Assembly: GCA_030295235.1 (NCBI GenBank)
Contig: AP026135.1
Location: 682,001 to 746,000 of the forward strand
Source: Fistulifera solaris
Lineage: Eukaryota
Reading direction: 5' to 3'
Length of the DNA: 64,000 nt
Positions 59,442-64,000 of this stretch are shown piece after piece. The notes under the pieces are model-generated. The model was not told where the DNA came from. It was given only the letters and a program-made list of their open reading frames with translations, and did not search any database. The stretch's first letter is position 1, and every line of letters begins with the position of its first letter. The position numbers and the translations under genes were made by a program.

Positions 59442-60948
59442 TCAGTAGCTCAGTCGCTGTTTGAGCGACTGCTTTTGAGGATTATTGAACAACGAGTCAT
59501 CCGAAAACTCGCTACTGCAATCACTCTCACTATTGCTGTATTCTGAGAAGTAAGAGAAATCGCTTCTCGAAAACACAATACTGCAGTCATCGATGAACCC
59601 TTTCATCGAACGCGGCTTTGAAGGAGAAGGGTTGGACTCTAACTTCTCGGAAGCAAAGCTGTGTGAAGGGTTTGTAACGCTGATACGATGACGCTGAGAT
59701 CGCGACTTTCTCCCTGCCTTAATCGAGGCTACTTTTCCAGGAAGCTCAAGCGCAGACGCCGCTGAATTCTTTGTGCTCACAGTAGGGAGGGTTTCAATGG
59801 AAGCAGCAGGCTCACGTTTCAAGCTTGAGTCCGAGGTTTTCTGTTGCTCAGTCGCGGGTTTTGCACAGCTGCTCCAGTCTTTGTCAATCGGTTCTGCAAG
59901 AATGACTCCCTTACTTTTCTTTCTGCGGTAACCAAATTTCAGCTTTGACCAAGATTTCTTCAGCATTCGTACAGGCTTTAAAATGAAAGACTTCGAGTTA
60001 GTGCTGGTCAGAGAAGGACTGACAGAGAAAGTCCTCGAAGCGCTCCTGACGAGGCTGTTGTCTGGCGCCGTGATTTCTTTTGTCTTTTCAAAGTCCTCAA
60101 GAGTTAGCTCCACGTTCGACTGATATACTGTGTGTGTATCCCCATCGGACACAACGTTTATAATCGCTCTCTCCATATTCATCTCCTCATCCAGGGGGCG
60201 ATGCGTCAGTATTTCCTTCTCCATTTCGAATTCTAATGAAGATGGAACTTGACTAGCCGCTTTTGGATGCTTTACGTTCGACAAGCGAGTTGTTGGTAAC
60301 CCCGCGGAAAGAGCAAACATTGAACTTTCTTCTCTATGTTGTGTTTTATGAAGATTGGAGTTCACAAGAAGGGCTCGTCCACTTGTTTTATCGCCGGCCA
60401 TCTTTTCGGTATATATAAGTCCAGCGAAGACATCTTCCGAAGAAGCTGAGCTAGCCAATGTGATCCCCTTCCGGCGGTGTTTTTTCACGGAAGGAATCGC
60501 GCTCGGGGATCGGACTTGATTTACCATCATTATCTTCCCGTCGGTCTTTAGTTGAGGGGTCTTTGATCAGGGTATAAGGGTTATTCTCCGCCACAGACAA
60601 GAAGTCCTCTAAGGATTGCAGTGAGTCATTCTTTTGAAGATCGTAAGGAAGGACGCTATCTGTTGTATTTGCGGCACAGGGCCTTGCTACGAACTGGAGA
60701 AAGCCGTTGTTTGCTTTCCATGAGGTAATACCTCCGTATCGATTTGCCTCGGGTTCCATACGTCGCGACTGCTGATTGGAAGTTAACAATTCAGCCTTTT
60801 CAGGATTTCCAGGAGGCATGCAAGTGAATTGTCCATTTGAATCGGAGGTGCGCCCCCGAACCAAAAGCGCTTCATCGAACGGAATGGACACTGGTGAAAC
60901 GAAACGGGATGGGTCTCTGTATCGATTGGCACCCCTTGATACCGACAT
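59442..60948 (-). CDS. Hypothetical Ser-rich low-complexity protein; probable frameshift near 60500-60530
   Basis: Overlapping 165-aa and 362-aa ORFs on one strand; no motif recognised. Confidence 0.5.
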
Positions 60949-61399
60949 TTTGTTTCTCGACTAGTTGGTGGCCTGATGGACTTTTCTTTGCTTGCTTTGC
61001 TGTTGGTGTTCTTGTTGACGGCATTCTATCACAAGTTCCAAAAAGTGGCGATTATTTCGAGCAATCATTGAGCGCACGCCTTCTTGTCAACGGAACTTGG
61101 AAATATTTTTACTTAGTACTTTCTTCTAGCATTTTATTGATTGAAACAACCTTTGAGTGTGCTTGTTAAGTAAGTCGATCGCCAGTCTTCGTTCGTGTGA
61201 AAGCGTGACTAAAACAAAACGGCGGGTACCGGTACGGTACCTGGTACCGTGCACCTGGTAATCCGAATACATCGTTGTGATGTTGACATTGCGACACACT
61301 GACGACCATGGTTAATCGTTATACGAGCAGATGTCACCTTAGGCATATCAATGAGCCACGATAGACTGTGTTCATGCTTGAATCTTTCAGTCGAGAATA

Positions 61400-62611
61400 A
61401 TGAATAGAGATTTGTTTGGGGAGCAGCAGGAACTACTTGAAGTACATGATGAGGATGAAGGCTGCACACCGCAAAATTCAACTTCGTTCGTGGAACAAAT
61501 GGAGGCTTTAGACTTGTCAGCAATTTCTGCTCATTCAATTACATCTCATGAAGAGAAGAAGTTCCATACTAATCAGCACGCAAACCTGACAATTGGCACA
61601 GATTTACATATCGATGCATCCCCCAACAATACTGAAAGAGCTACTTCAAGCAAGTCTCCCGAAGATACGCCGGAACCCATCGCAACAGCAAACTCGATAT
61701 CCCCGGCAGAAGCGACATTAATAAAAGAATTCCCCACAAAATCCTTGTCAATTCCTCCACTGCAAATGGGAGATCACGTGTATCGACGATGTACTTTTGC
61801 CTTGATTCCGTTTCAGCACCATGCTATTGTTTTGGATATTTGGAAGATTCCGGAAGAAGATGGAGATGAATGCGTTTGGATGATAAAAGTGTTTGATTTT
61901 TCTCGGCATCCTGAAGATGTGCAAGCCATACCGCCTGACTCTCCGCGCGTTATTCTTTCGTCGCCTCAAAAGAAACGAAAGGACGGCTTGCGGGTGTACG
62001 AGTCCCCCGCACAGCACTGGCAAAAAGTCATTTACGGAGCACCAGTACAGCGCCACTTGTTCTCATCCAGCGGTACCTGCACGGCAGCAAAATCGGATGC
62101 GCCTGGATTGATCCGAGCACGTGTACAGTTCCTGATAGAACACGCAACCGATGAAATAGTCGATGCGAGCCACGAAGGTTCACCAACAGCGCTTCTTCCA
62201 GAGTATGCTTGGTTTTATGCAAACAGTGAATGTGTTGCAGTTTGGTGTAAGACAGGAACGTGGGCTACGATGCAAGCGGTTTCATGGTTGACATGGACGG
62301 CGCTAGGGCAGATAAAGAGTGCTGCTACGATAGCCGGAGTGGCTGCTGCCACGCAGGTTGCCGTTCCCGCTGCTGGTTTGTGGGGTTGGCTTGGTTATAC
62401 AGCACAGGCGTCCTTACTCACAGTTCAGCCGGCTTTAGCACCAGCTATTGCCGCGTACGGGGCAGTGACAGTAGCCGTCCCTGCTGTATGGTGGCATCGA
62501 GCTCGTAATCAGTGGCAAAGCATAACCGTTCGATTAAATGAGGCATTTTGGAAAGCTGCGATAGATGATCCCGACCTATTTGCTGATGGAATGACGCTCT
62601 GGAGTGAATAG
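61400..62611 (+). CDS. LRAT/NC-domain (permuted NlpC/P60) protein
   Basis: GDHVYR, QHHAIV, Y...YANSECVAVWCKTG, hydrophobic C-terminal region. Confidence 0.78.
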   Translation: MNRDLFGEQQELLEVHDEDEGCTPQNSTSFVEQMEALDLSAISAHSITSHEEKKFHTNQHANLTIGTDLHIDASPNNTERATSSKSPEDTPEPIATANSISPAEATLIKEFPTKSLSIPPLQMGDHVYRRCTFALIPFQHHAIVLDIWKIPEEDGDECVWMIKVFDFSRHPEDVQAIPPDSPRVILSSPQKKRKDGLRVYESPAQHWQKVIYGAPVQRHLFSSSGTCTAAKSDAPGLIRARVQFLIEHATDEIVDASHEGSPTALLPEYAWFYANSECVAVWCKTGTWATMQAVSWLTWTALGQIKSAATIAGVAAATQVAVPAAGLWGWLGYTAQASLLTVQPALAPAIAAYGAVTVAVPAVWWHRARNQWQSITVRLNEAFWKAAIDDPDLFADGMTLWSE

Positions 62612-62675
62612 AAGGTTTCTTGAGTTTGTAATATAGTGTTTTAAAGCTTGGAAAGCAATTGTAGAATACATGTTA

Positions 62676-63224
62676 TTACCAAACTCGGCCGGGATCGACT
62701 GATGTTCCTCCACTCAACTGATCGGAGCGCATATATTCACTAGCTACTACAATATAATGTGCTGTATATCGAAAATAGCACCGCAGAGCGTGTTTCACTT
62801 GTTTGTTATCTCGCTGACTTGACGGCTGCAAAAGTGGATGATCGTCAAGCGCGGCTTCCATGTGATGAATCCATCGCGCGGCGGCACGGTGTCCTATAGC
62901 ATAGTTTGCATGACGTCCCACCAGTCGAGTGTGTTTTTGCCCTTTTGCTTGTCGGTATAGGTCCGGTCCTCCGAACGTTTGAACGAAAAATCGATATTGA
63001 TTGTTAATGGCTTCTTCTTTTGTGCTACTAGCAAAAATGCTTTTGAACCAGGGTGCCGCGGTATCAGTAAAGACTCGATCGTAAAAGAGTTTCGATAACA
63101 GCATCCATCCTTCGGTTCCCCAGCGCTCGTACATGTTTGGTGACAATTCTAACGCGAGCGTCGATTCTGTATACGAAATGCCGGAAGCATCTTGTGTGAG
63201 TTCTTGTAGCTCATATTTGCTCAT
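62676..63224 (-). CDS. Truncated (2-on-2) hemoglobin, group II / GLB3-like
   Basis: FYDRVF, KEEAINNQYRFFVQTFGGPDLY...KG..H.RLVGRH, AAARWIHHMEAAL. Confidence 0.9.
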   Translation of the reverse strand: MSKYELQELTQDASGISYTESTLALELSPNMYERWGTEGWMLLSKLFYDRVFTDTAAPWFKSIFASSTKEEAINNQYRFFVQTFGGPDLYRQAKGQKHTRLVGRHANYAIGHRAAARWIHHMEAALDDHPLLQPSSQRDNKQVKHALRCYFRYTAHYIVVASEYMRSDQLSGGTSVDPGRVW

Positions 63225-64000
63225 TTTCTCACTTTGCGCAGCCCCTCTAACTAAACGGTTACCTCGCCGTGAAGTAATTTATACATAAATTTAATTGTAA
63301 TCATTGAGCATCATTTCATCTTCATCTCCACAATGAAGGAACTTCAAGCCGAATGCAATGGGTTGGAAGTTTTGCAATGGAATTGCAAACTACCGGTACT
63401 TTTGGGACGAAAACTTTTGTTGAATGCACGTTCCAAATATTTGTCGCACAGTGATAAAATAATTTTTTAAACAAACACTCCGTTTTCCTAATATTTATTC
63501 CTAATTTCCTAAAGTCAGAATGTAATTTTGACATTTGACTGAATTTTCCCATTTTGCGTTTCATTTTGTCACATATATTCCAATCTGGCACAAATAATTC
63601 GTTTTTGAAATTGAAAATTGAAATGATGAATTAAAGTGAATTGTCGGTATAGTATTGTTTTACTATCATTTTGGATGTACAGCAAGACTAGATAATAAGA
63701 CTCAAGACGTTTCAAACAATCGCAAACAAAAAAAACGAACGAGGAAAAAAATAGGCGTTCTTGCACAGGTCGCTTCGTCCGCGATTCCCGGTGGATTACT
63801 TCAAATGAACGCTCTTGCATCTCAGCTGCACTCAGAAACTTCGTCTTTGCGATACAAGCGATAAGCTGATAAATCATTAGTAGCTATCTTGTCCCTTACT
63901 TGATAATACAACGCAGAGAAATGACGTCGGCAGTACCGCGACGATCGGAATGGACGCCCATGTCGAGGCACAGTCGCCAGGCGACGTTGTCATTGCTTCA

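Noticed and set aside
61222..61260. GGTAC/GGTACC short repeats
   Set aside because: Low-complexity palindromic run with no further structure.
63421..63720. AT-rich tract (about 29% GC by hand count) as a diatom-type centromere
   Set aside because: Only ~300 bp and similar to other intergenic AT-rich patches.
1..64000. Transposase, reverse transcriptase, tRNA (including tRNA-Sec) and 5S rRNA genes
   Set aside because: None recognised by eye; tRNAscan-SE, Secmarker and Rfam scans would be needed to exclude them.

Overview
Gene-dense eukaryotic nuclear DNA, most consistent with a pennate diatom (diatom-type 18S/5.8S/28S rDNA, short GT-AG introns, signal peptide + AF plastid-targeting motifs, diatom-type cyclin). 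It holds about 28 protein-coding loci and one complete rDNA unit on the minus strand (about 40951-46795) with protein genes on both sides. Many genes are broken by single-base indels in homopolymer runs, most likely long-read consensus errors, so several ORF-track fragments belong to one gene. Best-supported observations the ORF track hides: two selenoprotein genes 5.4 kb apart (a plastid-targeted Sec-MsrA and the Sec-type selenophosphate synthetase), each with a UGA at the catalytic position and a hand-foldable SECIS in its 3' UTR; a secretory-pathway thioredoxin::thioredoxin-reductase fusion; a RadA/Sms-like protein lacking its ATPase core; an NlpC/P60-like gene whose start codon appears split by an intron; a protein with near-identical 585-bp tandem domains; and unassigned structured non-coding candidates. 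All family calls come from motif recognition by eye; no database search was run.
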